A stretch of 63,604 nt of DNA, filler included, from Octopus bimaculoides (GCF_001194135.2; 6 parts of 6 records of this genome joined end to end with filler, not necessarily neighbours in it), one strand, 5' to 3'. Counted from the first letter of the whole stretch, positions 49,970 through 63,604 are shown. The notes: generated by a model from the letters alone, not told the origin. Numbers and translations are program-made.

Positions 49970-51262
49970 CATTCAAATGTTGATGTGATATATCTCGACT
50001 TTGCAAAAGCCTTTGACAAAGTTGATCATGGCTTGATATGTCACAAGCTGCGAAACCTTGGCATAACTGGTAAATTAGGAGAATGGCAGCATGACTTCCT
50101 GAATGGTAGAAGTCAGACAGTTGCAGCCAATGGAGAACTATCTAGGGAACCACAAATATTGTGCGGTGTTCCGCAAGGAACTGTCCTGGGGCCACTACTG
50201 TCCATAGTGGCCCTTCTGGACATGCCCACGGTCACTCGGAGAGCCACTGTCACTAGCTACGCTGATGACACAAAACTATCTCAGGCAATAAAGAATCCTG
50301 ATGATATTGTAAGCCTACAGAATGACCTAAATGCAATATATGAGTGGGCAGAGTAAAACAATATGCAGTTCAATGCGGAAAAAATTCAAGTACTGCGCTA
50401 CAAGGCAACAAGTGCCTCCTAACTGGAATACACAGGACCTGGAGGTACTGCAATCCCAGAACCACAAGCCGTGAGAGACCTGGGCATCAACATGTGTAGT
50501 GATGCATCATTTCACATGCACATCGTCAAGTTGACAGCAAAGTGCAAACAACTGGCGGGGTGGATACTGAGGACATTACATACAAGGGATCAAAAAGTCA
50601 TGTTGACTCTATGGAAGACATTTGTCCTGAGCCGCCTAGACTATTGCTCTCATTTGTGGTCACCACACAGTGTCAAACGGAGAGCAGGACTCGAGGCAAT
50701 TCAGAGGCACTATACAAAAAAGATCGCCACAGTCCAGCAGATGAACTACAGGGAGCGACTGCAGGCACTAGGTCTCTACTCCCTGGAGCGCAGGCGGGAG
50801 AGATATGTAATAATATACATATGGAAAATACTGGAAGGACTGGTGCCGAACTTTGGCATCAAGTACTACAGGAATGCCCGCACGGGTCGCCACTGCATGG
50901 TGCCAAATTTGCTGTCCACTGCATCTCACATACGAAAACGATACTGCAGCAGCCTCGGTTTCAGAGGACCTCAGCTCTTCAATGCCCTGCCAAAACATTT
51001 GAGAGACCTGCAAGACACGGATGTGGAGGTCTTCTAGACAAAACTCGACGCTTTCCTCTCCACGATACCAGACGAACCAATGGCTCGAAATGAGACACAG
51101 TTTAGGGCAGCTATGTCAAATTCTCTTCTACACCAGATGTGCCATCAAAACTCTTGATTGGACTATATCAGGTGCAGGAGAAGAGCCATGCAAGGAACGT
51201 GAAGAGAGCAAAGCATAAAGACAGAAAATCACGGTGGTGCTCCAGCATGACCACAACCACTT
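49970..51262 (+). mobile_element. CR1-like (Jockey-group) LINE: RT domain, C-terminus and 3' UTR; both ends cut by gaps
   Basis: DVIYLDFAKAFDKVDH, GVPQGTVLGPLL, YADDTKL, RDLGI, SRLDYCSHLWSP and LYSLERRRERY motifs; a stop at 50354-50356 and a frameshift. Confidence 0.95.
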
Positions 51263-52117
51263 NNNNNNNNNNNNNNNNNNNNNNNNNNNNNNNNNNNNNN
51301 NNNNNNNNNNNNNNNNNNNNNNNNNNNNNNNNNNNNNNNNNNNNNNNNNNNNNNNNNNNNNNNNNNNNNNNNNNNNNNNNNNNNNNNNNNNNNNNNNNNN
51401 NNNNNNNNNNNNNNNNNNNNNNNNNNNNNNNNNNNNNNNNNNNNNNNNNNNNNNNNNNNNNNNNNNNNNNNNNNNNNNNNNNNNNNNNNNNNNNNNNNNN
51501 NNNNNNNNNNNNNNNNNNNNNNNNNNNNNNNNNNNNNNNNNNNNNNNNNNNNNNNNNNNNNNNNNNNNNNNNNNNNNNNNNNNNNNNNNNNNNNNNNNNN
51601 NNNNNNNNNNNNNNNNNNNNNNNNNNNNNNNNNNNNNNNNNNNNNNNNNNNNNNNNNNNNNNNNNNNNNNNNNNNNNNNNNNNNNNNNNNNNNNNNNNNN
51701 NNNNNNNNNNNNNNNNNNNNNNNNNNNNNNNNNNNNNNNNNNNNNNNNNNNNNNNNNNNNNNNNNNNNNNNNNNNNNNNNNNNNNNNNNNNNNNNNNNNN
51801 NNNNNNNNNNNNNNNNNNNNNNNNNNNNNNNNNNNNNNNNNNNNNNNNNNNNNNNNNNNNNNNNNNNNNNNNNNNNNNNNNNNNNNNNNNNNNNNNNNNN
51901 NNNNNNNNNNNNNNNNNNNNNNNNNNNNNNNNNNNNNNNNNNNNNNNNNNNNNNNNNNNNNNNNNNNNNNNNNNNNNNNNNNNNNNNNNNNNNNNNNNNN
52001 NNNNNNNNNNNNNNNNNNNNNNNNNNNNNNNNNNNNNNNNNNNNNNNNNNNNNNNNNNNNNNNNNNNNNNNNNNNNNNNNNNNNNNNNNNNNNNNNNNNN
52101 NNNNNNNNAGTAAAAGA

Positions 52118-52179
<62 letters not shown>

Positions 52180-54979
52180 ATGTGTGTTTGTGCGTGTGTT
52201 TTTGTGCGCGTTTTTGAGTGTGTGTACATGTGTGTGTGTGCGTGTATGTGTGTATGTATTTGTGTTTGTGTCTGCGTCTCTGTGCGTCTCTGCGTTTTGT
52301 GTGTGTGACAGTGCGTGCTCTTACATATGTAAACTCATGTACTGATATTTACGCACTTATACATGTATCGTATGAAATTTATGTTTCTAGAAAGCTGAAA
52401 GCCGTAATTTTCAGTGTAATTTTCAGCTATACTTTATTCTATAGAATATATAACCTCTCCTTTAAGGTGGTTGGCAGACTCGTTAGCACGCCGGAAATTT
52501 CAACCATCTTCACGTTCTGAGTTCAAATTCCACCGAGGTTGACTTTGTCTTTTATCATTTCGGGATCAATAAAATGCATATCAGTTGAATACTGATGTAA
52601 TCGACCTCACCCCCTGCTCCGAACTTGTAAGCCTTGTACCAAAACTTCAAATCAAGATATACCCTCTTCCTCAGGACTAGTATCGGTGAGACGTGTAGCA
52701 GATACTGAAAGAACACAGCAAAATTGCTGATAATAAATTTCAGTACATTCCAAGGAAGATCAATTGAAAAATAACCATATTAGAAAAGCTAAAGCATTCT
52801 AGTTCTGCACATCTACTAAGCCACTTTCTGGCTCACACTGAAAAATTTTACACAGCAAAATAGAGTGCCGTACCGGATTTTCAAACGAAAGTGGTGACGA
52901 TAATTACAATGCCAACTCACTTCATAATTATTATATATGAAACATACAATGCTGAGCAAAAACATCGGAAGCGACAACATACAACAACAAACTCAACCAA
53001 CAATATTTACCATAAGTCAGAATACAACAATGCAAAAAGAAAATTTTGGCAAAATGAATTAAAATGATGACGTCAACCGATCCTTTGTTTCCGCAGAAAT
53101 AGTAGGAAAAAGAAAAATGATTTTCCGAGAGATGAATAATTTCTTTTCTCGTTTTAACACGGAAATATCGAAATAAAATTAGGAACAGAATTGAAATTAG
53201 CGACTTATAAGCGAGTAAAGCAGGTTTCTGTTTATTTATATTTCTAACTGAATTTTATTTCGAGATCGATAGATTCTTTAGTGCGTAGTTTGAATTTTAT
53301 TTTTTCAATTTCCCTTTAATTTCAAATATTCTATCTCTTTAAAGAGGCTTTTCAACTGAGTAAAAACAACATATACCACATAAAATATAGTCAACTGTAG
53401 TGTATATAAAATAAAGTGGTGGGTGTGTGTTAATTCAGTTATAAAAGGCGCACGACCTAATGGTTAGGGCATTCATCTCACGATCAAAAACGGTCTTAGA
53501 TTCAATTCCTGTAGTGGGGAGTGCGATCTTCTCTTGAGCACGGCATGTCCTTTCATGTTGCTCCAGAGTATTCGACCGTAAATAAATACTACCCAGCTAC
53601 TGGCGCATTTCACTTACCTCCCATCTGTAATATCTTGGATGTGTCAGCAGGCCAAATGCGACGGTGGAAGAGTTCCAGTATCTCCTTACGACCACAGAGC
53701 ACCTCCGTACATCTTAGCTAGCGCTTGACAGCTGGCTTTACTACCTAATTAAAAAAAAAGTATTTAGTAACCCTAGCTAAATCTATAGTTCTCACCGTGC
53801 AAACGAGGGGTTTCCATATAGCTAAACAAACAGATGGAAATAGCAACTAATTCTCGTTCAAATCATACGGCGTCTTAAAAAGGTTACATTGCATAAAGTA
53901 GTCAAAGACAAAATAATTGGAAACCGAATGTCTTTCCTCATAAGTTTTCTTACTCACCATGGATCATTACTACATCATAGGATGGTAACAAACTGACCCC
54001 ACGAAACAATGCACCAGCAAAGGTTACATATTTAGCAGAAGTAGACCAATTTTAAGTATGTTAATTCTTAGCATATGGTATTATAGATTCAATCCAGTCG
54101 CTTTTAACAATCGTACACGCGCTTTTCAAAAGCAAACTCAGCACTCAGCTGAAGGGTTGAGACTTCCCTTCTACTGTTGAAGAATGTCTAGATGGGTTTT
54201 CTTAAATTCTCCTGTTCGAAACCGGTCGGTAACATTGAACATTTTCAAAGTATGCTCTTTTGGGGACAGTGAGAATTTGGGGATTGGTATTTGGATGTTA
54301 GGTATCATGGAAAGAATCACAAATGTACTATTAACTTTTTCTTGAGTTACGTCCCAGGATGGTCAATGTCCAATAACTGAAATAAGTAAAATACCGATAA
54401 GATATATATATATATATAGGATGATTGCTTCATTTTGACAGATGATAGCTGTCTCATCAACACACACACACCACACCCATCACACAGCACAATCCCTCCG
54501 TTGATGAGTCCTCATGTGACTTTTAAGACCGACTGCTGATTGAAAGCACAACTGACAGATATTGAAGTTTAATCTACATCATTGCCCTTTGGAATGTGAT
54601 TTTGAAGGAATGTTTCTGTGAACTAGCATATGTCTTTTAACTTTTTAAAAGTTCAGAACATAGCACTTATTGTTGTTATACAAATTTAAACAGTGTAGAT
54701 TTTGTTTCTTGTTAGAAACCAGCTCCTTCATTATAGAAAGAATACTAATAAACAAAATGATATTTACAAACACATATGTGTATACATATACGGAAAATTG
54801 TGTCTGGGTGTATATGCGCCCATTACCATATGTTTTTTCACGGGTTGCTTGGCATTTTGTGTTGGCCTGTATAAGTCCCTGGAACATAGCATCTAAAAAA
54901 AAAAAACTATTTTAGTACCGCACTAGGATCTGCAATTTTCAAGAGGCTCGACCAGCATGTCGGCAGCCGAAGGCATGAT

Positions 54980-55044
<65 letters not shown>

Positions 55045-56362
55045 TCACTCTCACACAAAAACACACACACACAAGCGAGTTGCACCTTAATCCGTATGGC
55101 GCTTAAGCGATTTAGCTAAACGAATATTTACATATAAAGATATATTATATGACGCCTGGTTGTCGCGATGCTAAGCAGTAATGTTTCAATAACGTTAGAG
55201 GAGAATATATATTTAATTTTTAATTTTTAAAAGAAACTTTTAAAAAAGCGAAATAGAATATCAGAAAAGTATATATATCTCGTATATCACCATAGATAGG
55301 AAACAAATTATATCCGAGTACATTTTCCAGGATTCTACACAATGACGTATATTAAGAGATATTTGAAAAACGAGAAGCAGGTATTGTGAAAAGAAAAAAA
55401 AATGTATAAGAAAAATATACAAACATATAATACACAACACGCCATAAACAACTTTGTGATCTGTGGCAATATGAAAAGAAAAAGAAAATATTATAATTAC
55501 TGAAAATATTAGAATATTTTCTAGATATATTCGTGATCAAGCGTTCACTCATGTGTTCTGTAGAAAACAGAAACAAAGAAAATAGAAAAAAACTGTTGAA
55601 ATGAGATTTTGTACCCGAGGGAAGTTTCCTAAGAAATGCAAATACGTCAAAATATTGGCATAATGCCATATATATAGTTATATAACCGTACACATTATGC
55701 TCTTCAGAAATACAGCTATACCTACATACATGTCTTTCATGGAAGATACGTATATACACATATCTGAATAATGTAGGTGTGTGGCACGAAATTTGATTCC
55801 CAATCACATGTTACGTAGTTCAGTCCAGCAGCTTGGCATCTTGGGCTAATATCTTCAACTTCAGCTCCGTGAGACAAAAGCCTTGCGAATGAGTTTGTTC
55901 GACGCAAAATGAGAAAGGCCCGATGTATTTGTGTGTGTGTGTGTGTGCGTGTGTGTGTGTGTGTCTGTGTATGTGTGTGTGTTTGTGTGTTGGCTTGTTT
56001 ATGTGTACGTATTGGCGGTTCGACGACAAAGACCTATAAAATAAGTACTTGTTTAACAAATTGCAATGAGGTCGATATGTTCGACTAAANNNNNNNNNNN
56101 NNNNNNNNNNNNNNNNNNNNNNNNNNNNNNNNNTTAATTAATTAANNNNNNNNNNNNNNNNNNNNNNNNNNNNNNNNNNNNNNNNNNNNCACTACACTCT
56201 CTGAGTGGTTGGCGTTAGGAAGGGCATCCAGCTGTAGAAACTCTGCCAAATTAGACTGGAGCCTGGTGTTGCCATCCGGTTTCACCAGTCCTCAGTCAAA
56301 TCGTCCAACCCATGTTAGCATGGAAGGCGGATGTTAAACGATGATGATGATGATGATGATGA

Positions 56363-56401
<39 letters not shown>

Positions 56402-57499
56402 TATATATATCCCCCATCCTTTTCTCTAATTCTCTTTTTCTCCCCTTCACCATTTTCCATCTGACTCTCTCTCTCTCCCTCTTTCTCTTTTTTCTCTCTC
56501 TTTGCTCACATGCGACCATCGTCCATCGTTCTTTTCCTCACGAGATCATCTTTCTTTTCCTTCAGGACTATCCTCAGGACTTGGTTGAAACAACAAACAT
56601 GGCCAGCAGTAGAGTTTCTCTGTGATGCTACTTGCATAAAGCCAATCTATCTGTTGATACCATTTTATCTGGAATGTTTGAGTTTCAACTTTGGTTTTCA
56701 ATGAAGGAGTCAGCCTGCCAGCTTGAAGAATTTCACGTGTTTCCACAATATAGAAATAAGCCCAAATGACTTATTTTTACCCTAAAAAAAAACACAACTG
56801 ATCTTTACTCACACGTGCACAAAATAACAGCAATCAAATAACGACAGCCTTTGCCTTTATATATATCAGCCTTTGCCTTTCTTTTGAGTGACTGCGATGA
56901 CAGGGAGAGGGGAGGCTGGTATGTATGGGCATCTGCTGATCTTCCATAAATAACCTTGCCTGGACTTGTGCCTTGGAGGGTAACTTTCTAAATGCTCTTC
57001 TATGGTCATTTATGACCAAAGGGGTTCTTTACCCTTTTATATATACATATACATATAAATATATACATATATATATGGGTATATGTATTTGTATGTATAA
57101 ATATATAATGTATATTCATGCATTATATATTTATACATACACAGGTGTAGCTGTGTGATAAGAAGCTTGCTTTTCAACCACATGATTCCAGGTTCAGTCT
57201 CACTGCGTGGCACCTTGGGCAAGTGTCTTCTGCAATAGCCTTAGGCCAACCAGAGCCTTGTGAGTGGATTTAGTAGATGGCAACTGAAAAAGCCTGTTGT
57301 ATATATATGTTTAAATATATCTTTGTGCATGTCTTTGTGTTTGTGTTTGTCCCCACCATTACCTCTTGACAACCAGTGTTGCTGTGTTTACATCCCTGCA
57401 ACTTACTGATTTGGCAAAAGAGATCAATATATAAAAAAAAAACAGATATATAATAACAAATAATAGCTTTATTTATCAAAAAATGCTATGAGAATAAAA

Positions 57500-58635
57500 A
57501 TAAACATTGTTTTCTGTATTCAAAAAGCCACCTTCAGTTTTAACAGTTGCTTCTATATGAGATCTAAATCATCTACATGCTCAAATTAAGTGGTCCTGGT
57601 TCATTTTGGACATTACTGACTATGGCAGCTTTCAAAGAATCTTTGGTATTATGGGTGTGTTCATTGACCTCTCTCTCAACAACGTTCCACATGTAATAAT
57701 CCAATGGATTGAGATCTGGGGAATTAGGAGGTCAGATGTTAGGGGTATGTGATCATGAAAATTTTCAGCCATCCATTCCTTTGTTACTAGAACCATGTGT
57801 AATAGTGCAGAGTCTTACTGAGACACACATGGCCTTCCATTGCATACACTGTCTATCCAGGGCTTAACAATTGCTTCCAGGACCTCAATGTAAGTGGAAG
57901 AGTTAACTGTAAGGCCTTGTGGAAAGATGTAAGGAGGCATCACATGTCCTTCATTGCTGACAACCCCTAAAACTACGGAAGTTGTAGGAAATTTTGTATG
58001 GAACTTCAGAAGGGTCTGCACATAATCATCTGTCATTTCTTCTGTTAACTTTTTGATCTTGGTCGAAGTTTTTCTCGTTTGAGAAAAACCAAATCAAATC
58101 TGCTTCTGCTGGTTTTTCAGTTTATTTAAGAATCCTTTAGTTCTAATGTATTGATTTTCTTTTGCTTTTTCTGACAAATTGACCTTTCCTCGTCATATAA
58201 GACTTTTATCTGATGTCTTTGTGAACAACATTTCTGACTGTTCCTTCTGACACATGGTGATCTTTTGCAATTGACTTCATGGAGTTTCTGGGACCTTGTT
58301 TTGTTGAACTTGCTGGATAAATTCAAGTGTTCTGGTGATTTCAGAGCGTTTAGGATGCTTTTTATGCTTTGATACTGGTGATATGTTTCAATCTTCAGTC
58401 TCTAACTCCTTACAAACTTTGTAGAAGAACGATCAGGTAACTTTTAAAAATTGAGATATTTCTAAATCGCTATGCTCAGCCTTTATAACCACAATAACAG
58501 CATGCCTCTTCATTTCTTGAGTAAGCTGAAAGTCTGCCATTATTATTTTCTGAAACAAAGATTATACAGAGTTAGCAAAAAATGCAGTAATGACCCCACA
58601 AAGGTATGTCCTCAAATACCTTACGCACCCTGTAT
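57500..58635 (-). mobile_element. Decayed Tc1/mariner maT-family (DD37D) transposase
   Basis: LIWFFS(N)EKNFDQDQKVNRRNDR, LGVVSNEGHVMPP, VKPWI..V.NGRP, Q*DSA and PPNSPDLNPLDYY motifs. I count 37 residues between the second and third Asp after correcting one frameshift. A TA-CAGGGTG-like end lies near 58635. Confidence 0.8.
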
Positions 58636-58677
58636 ATCTAACTTTTTTGCTATTTTTATTTGATCTAATTTCAATAG

Positions 58678-58860
58678 AGGAGACATTGAAGTTTCAATCT
58701 TTACATTTACACCTCGAGTCAAATCGGAAGTCACACCATACAGATGAATTTGACCAAAAGTATCTTATTGTTCGAAGAGGAAGTTCTTTTATCCTGGGCT
58801 TAACCTTTCATCGCAAAGTCATAAAGGAAATTGATGATGTTGTCCTTCAGTTTTCTGTTG
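58678..58860 (+). CDS. TGM: Transglutaminase exon, N-terminal beta-sandwich (ETLKFQSLHLHLESNRKSHHTDEF...LIVRRGSSF...LQFSV)
   Basis: N..HHTDxF...LIVRRG motif of the Transglut_N domain; TAG acceptor, GTAAGT donor; 183 nt, phase 1-1. Confidence 0.9.
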
Positions 58861-60974
58861 GTAAGTAAACACTTCTTTTATAGTGTGCTTCCTATGTTTT
58901 TTTCTTCTATAAACTTTTTAACAAACAGAATCAATAACTACATTAATTTGAGAGTGTACAAAGATATATCTGTAGTTTTGAACACATGGGAAGATACACA
59001 TCCAGTATTCTCAGGAAAACAAATTAAAGAAAGTATTGGTCACGATACAACTAATCACCATCAATTTGCTTGACATTACATTCAGTCCTGCTACCATTAT
59101 ATATTTTCTTCATTTTGTATATTGTATTGAAATATTGCTTTCTTTAGTCAGCCCAAAATCAATATGTTGAAGGCAAGAGAAATGAGATGTGAATTGAAAT
59201 AGGTTTAACTGACAAATGAAGCTGGTTCATGCTCTCAATTTACCTCATATTTACTGCAATGGAATACACAATGTAGAAATTTTGGTTAAATGATTCTCAC
59301 AGTATGCATTTCATAGAAAGTTTCTATTTTGCCTGTATATAAGTCCCACATTCTCACTGACTCAGTTTTAAATAGGTAAAATAAGAGAGTTCAAATCATG
59401 GTTGTAAATATTAAGAGACTATCTAATGTTTTGATATGCAGAGTTGTGAGGTATGTATCATATTTTCCTAAGAATTATTGGAGAAAATATAATATTTTTT
59501 CTCCAATATAGTCTTATTTAAGACACTAAAAATATCACCTGATAATTCTTTTTATAGTTATCATGAGGATGAATCTCTTAACCAATGAAGTCATAAGTAT
59601 TCTTGAAATTTTTATGTTCATGCAGTATATGTAGAGCAGCTGATTCCTAGTGGAGTTCAAAACTTTTCAAGATTTATCTACACAAATAAATTATGTCAGG
59701 TTTATAGTACTGTCACTGTTTAAGGTGGTAAATTGTGGTCACACAGTGTGAAATATTTACAGCATCAATACTCTATTAATGCGTTCTATCCACTGGCTGT
59801 ACATTAAAAATTCAGATTTACTTCTGGCATGTCACTTTATCCCAAACAAAATGCAAACCCTTTAGTATATTTTGGTCCTTTCCCCAGAATCTCCCCACAT
59901 TCCATGGAAACTGTTTCTTACCAACATATATATGCACTCTTTGAATTTATTCTGCCCCTCAGTTGTTTTTCTTGTTCACTTATCCCCTACACTTCAATCG
60001 TCCTTCTAATTTTTTTTAAGAACTCTTCCTGTTGTATATATTCCCTCTTTAAATACTTTCTCATTCATTAATTTTGCAAATCATTACCAATCAATGGAAA
60101 ACAATTTCATGAGAGACATGGCATCTGCAGTCATAGGTGTAATCAAAAGCATCTCCAAAAACCTCGGTTTTTCTGAATTACTAACAACCATTACAGCACA
60201 GAGAGGACTCTGAGAGGGTTCTTGTATCAGAAGCTACTTAGAATTTACTAATGGTCCCTCTCTGGTCAAAACTCTGTTAACTCTGGTGTCAGAATGTTTA
60301 CTGTTTCTCCTGCACATGAATAACCTTACCATGGTCTCCAATAATTCACACTTATATGCAAACGATATCATTTTTGCTTATCATCATTCTTCAAACAAAC
60401 AATATCTCTATACAGTATAAGTGGTCTTTTATGATCTTATAGCAGTCTTATCTCCTTTAACAACATAAAAATACAATCACTATACTATTAAAGAAACACT
60501 AATTGCAGACAATACACAACTATAATTTTGAAAGTTTGAACAAATACTAGACTAAACAATCTCTGATAATCTCTCTTTCTGATCCCATATTATAATAAAG
60601 TGAAAACTGTATCCTAGGGCATTTTTTTTCAATATTTATTTTTGCTTACAATAGACGTTTTTTTTGGTCAAACTATCATATCTCCAGCTGCTTCATATAC
60701 CAAGATATCAAAAATTGTCAAAGTGTAGTACAGCAGTTTTGCTATGGAATGGTGAAACTACTTTTTTGATTTCTGAAAAAGCAACATTTTGGACTTGTAA
60801 CACTTTTGCATAATAACAACAACATGTAGAGGTTTTGAATTCTTGACTGATGAACAGATAGTCTAATATCTATATCACTAAACTATCCTGCATAAAAAAA
60901 AAAATGTTAAAACTATCATGATAATGATGATGATATTACAATATGCATTTTTGTTTCTTTCTTTTATTCCAAAG

Positions 60975-61256
60975 GTGATAAACCACAGGAGAGCAAAGGG
61001 ACTCTAATAAGATTAAAATTGTTTGAAGATTTGAGACCACGTGCTTTGAATAAGGTGAAGCGTAACAAGTGGATTGTTAAATGTCTGAGTGTTGAGGGAG
61101 AAACTATTCAGGTGGAAGTAACCCCTGCAGCAAATTCTTCAATCGGAAACTACATGATTTTTGTAGAGACAAAAAATGCAGATGAAAAAGATGATGAAGT
61201 AGAAAGATATTTGCACAAGGAAAGTTTCATTTTGCTTTTCAACCCTTGGTGTAAAG
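60975..61256 (+). CDS. TGM: Transglutaminase exon (GDKPQESKGTLI...PAANSSIGNY...FILLFNPWCK)
   Basis: G..P..SKGT and ILLFNPWC motifs; AAG acceptor, GTAAGT donor; 282 nt, phase 1-1. Confidence 0.93.
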
Positions 61257-61479
61257 GTAAGTTGTATTAATAAATATAAATTATACTACTATTTACGCTG
61301 TATGTAAACAAACAAGTTTGTTTTTCGAAGCGATGAAATGTATGGTAGAACAAGTAGAAAGATAAATTTTATTCAACGCATAGATACTGAACAGTATCTA
61401 TGCATTGAATAAAATTTATCTTTCTACTTGTTCTACTATACTACTATTTATTTTACTATTATCATTGTTTAACATAGTA

Positions 61480-61900
61480 CCTTTCCTGAGGTATGTAACA
61501 AAGTGTCGGCTGTCCACAGCCAGTGGATTAATAACACTTTTCATTCAAGTCTCAAGAACTCTGGAAGATTCATGCTATTTTCTGTGCACATATTTTTATA
61601 TTTACTCTGTTCTTTTCAATCAAGTTTGTGAATTTCATACTTATAATTCTCAGGGCTCCAACAGCAATAACATGCACAACACTCTCCTTCAATGGCCACA
61701 GTTTTTTTTATCTTGCATTCAAATTATCATATATCTGGCCTGCTTCTCTTTTCTTTCTGATACTTTCTCATCATTAGGGCATGCAATGTCTATGATTGAA
61801 CAGTTTTCCCTCATTATTCCTGTGTTCTATTTTGGTAGGCTTGCTTCTGTAATAGCATTCCATCATGGTGCTATTGCTGTTTTGAGACCATCTTCCCATA
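61480..61900 (-). mobile_element. Probable heavily decayed C-terminus of an RLE-endonuclease LINE (R4/NeSL-like) in a TGM intron
   Basis: Fragments KIEHR, RH.MP, KKLWPLK, VIAVGALRII and AQKIA resemble the 'IEHRRPD...DIA.P...RLW..K..V.P.IVGALG' tail; multiple stops. Confidence 0.4.
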
Positions 61901-62025
61901 AGGACAGTCTCTATTATTTTTTTTCTCAGGGTACTCATTACCATTATCACTACTATCATGAGCTGGTAATGGTATAACTGACAGCAACCATTTTTCTCTC
62001 TTTCACTTTTCTTTCTTGATTATAG

Positions 62026-62144
62026 ATGATACTGTATATATGGAAAATGAAAAGCTGCTAGATGAGTATATCTTAAATGAAACAGGACGAATATGGGTTG
62101 GTTCTTCAAAATTTTTTCGAGGTAGACCATGGAATTTTGGACAG
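62026..62144 (+). CDS. TGM: Transglutaminase exon (DDTVYMENEKLLDEYILNETGRIWVGSSKFFRGRPWNFGQ); gene continues beyond the window
   Basis: Hallmark D.VY......EYxLNxxGxI.xG......PWNFGQ; strong pyrimidine tract plus TAG, GTGAGT donor; 119 nt, phase 1-0. The catalytic core exons are not in the window. Confidence 0.95.
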
Positions 62145-63261
62145 GTGAGTAGATATGGAGAATCATTAGAACATTTTATAAACTAAAATTTTAGGGATAG
62201 TTTCTTAATAAGTAAGAGACACAGCTGGATCTTTGCTTGAGTTTGTAGATTCTTCTAAATTACTAACATTTGTGTAATAACCATAAATACATACATTAGA
62301 ATTATTTTTAAGAATTAGCTTATCAGCATTAAACACTTTATACAGGATTTAAAAAAAAACATCTTATTTAATTGAAGCTTCTTATTTGTTACAACTGTAG
62401 CGAAGGGGTAGCTTTTAGAGGGAAGGGAGTTAATTTAACTATACTATCTATTCTAATCCTATTTGTTACTACATTTGTAAGCCTTTATAATCCAAAAGGC
62501 TGTTATCAATCATTTTATTGTAGAGAGACTGATTGAAGATGTCTTGTAATATGCTTAGGTTAAGACAATCTGGCAAAACTTATTTTCCTAAAATGATACA
62601 TTGGGCAAATTTTGAATTGAATATCACAAGCTAACAAAAGTTATTTTTGATTGTTTTATTGCTGGTAAGAAGCTTGCTTCCTAGCCACATGGTACTGAGT
62701 TTGGGCAAGTGTCTTACACTGTAGCCTCAGGTTGACCAAAGCTTTGTGAGTGGATTTGGTAGACGAAAATGGAAAGAAGCCCATCATATATATGTGTGTG
62801 TCTTTGTATCTGTGTTTGCTCCTCACCACTGTTTGACAATCAGTGTTGGTGTGTTTATATCCCTGTAACTTAGTGGATTCATCAAAAGAGATCAATAGAA
62901 TAAGTACCAGGCTAAAAAAAATAAAGCACTGGGGACAATTCATTCGACTAAAATTTCTTCAAGGCGGTGCCCCCCCCCCCCTCGCATGGCTGCAGTTTAA
63001 TGACTAAAATAAGTAAAAAGATGAAGAAAAAAAGGAATATTACATTTGTATGTGAAATTGTTACAGACTTTCATTGTGTACAGTGGCCCGGGAACAAAAT
63101 TTGCTTAGAGGGTGCAAACTCAGTTCCAAAATTTGGCACTACTGGAGAAGTGTGGATCCAAGTTCTGGGAGTGTGCATGTCACAAATTTGCGCATGCGCA
63201 CGCGTTAGTCATAAGTAGTCGAATTTAGCACTCAGGTAAAAAACGAGACGCTAGCTACTTG

Positions 63262-63604
63262 CTGTAAATGGAGGGTTGGTTAACCATCTAATACAAGAAG
63301 AAAATTGCAGATAAATTGAATAAAAACATGAAAAATAACAAAATGATATTTCATTGAAAAGTAAACCATTCTGAAAGATAGTTCAAAATGTTTTCAAAAC
63401 ATTTATCTCCAGCTTTTCCCATATTTTATTAAGGGTTAGGGATTATGATTAGGGTTTAGGGTTAGGAGTTAGGTTTAGAGTTAGGGTTTAAAGTTAGGGG
63501 AGATGAATGTTTTTTCACTATTCAATGATTATTTTTCACTTCTATATTCAACTTATCTGCAATTTTCTTTTTGTATTACATGGATAACCCCACTCCTTTT
63601 ACAG
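63262..63604. mobile_element. MITE-like element with long imperfect TIRs and a degenerate TTAGGG core
   Basis: Ends CTGTAAATGGAGGG / CACTCCTTTTACAG; arms about 63262-63372 and 63505-63604; telomere-like repeats at 63431-63500. Confidence 0.7.

Noticed and set aside
59829-60071. Possible PLE-like 'ILGKGPKY' peptide on the minus strand
   Set aside because: Flanking translation is full of stops and does not match the expected downstream motif; too weak to call.
63189-63200. Isolated perfect NRF1 palindrome TGCGCATGCGCA
   Set aside because: A single motif in an intron beside repeat-like sequence, with no supporting motif cluster.

Overview
Eukaryotic, AT-rich, microsatellite- and SINE-dense draft-assembly DNA with many N gaps; the repeat families and genome texture point to a cephalopod, most likely Octopus (inference). 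Two protein-coding genes are supported. (1) EXO1 (exonuclease 1) on the minus strand: ten phase-compatible coding exons from ATG 41244 to 25902 (2439 nt, 813 aa), with all XPG/FEN1 catalytic motifs intact. No stop-containing terminal exon was found, and an assembly spacer lies just downstream. (2) A transglutaminase on the plus strand: three clear exons (58678-62144) running off the window, plus a candidate first exon at 45122-45296 that would place it head-to-head with EXO1. The rest is decayed retroelements (RTE, Tx1/L1, CR1-like, Penelope GIY-YIG, a probable RLE-type remnant), a DD37D/maT transposase relic, MITE-like foldbacks and several tRNA-derived SINE families. The most notable observations are a U12-type intron in EXO1; a 33-bp exonic tandem repeat that multiplies SQ (ATM/ATR-type) motifs in EXO1; minimal hammerhead-ribozyme motifs upstream of the first EXO1 coding exon, one enclosed by 64-bp inverted repeats; a CDE-CHR-like element in the putative shared promoter; and a TIR element with a TTAGGG-like core. 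I found no evidence of a wholly new multi-gene system. All alignments and folds were done by eye.
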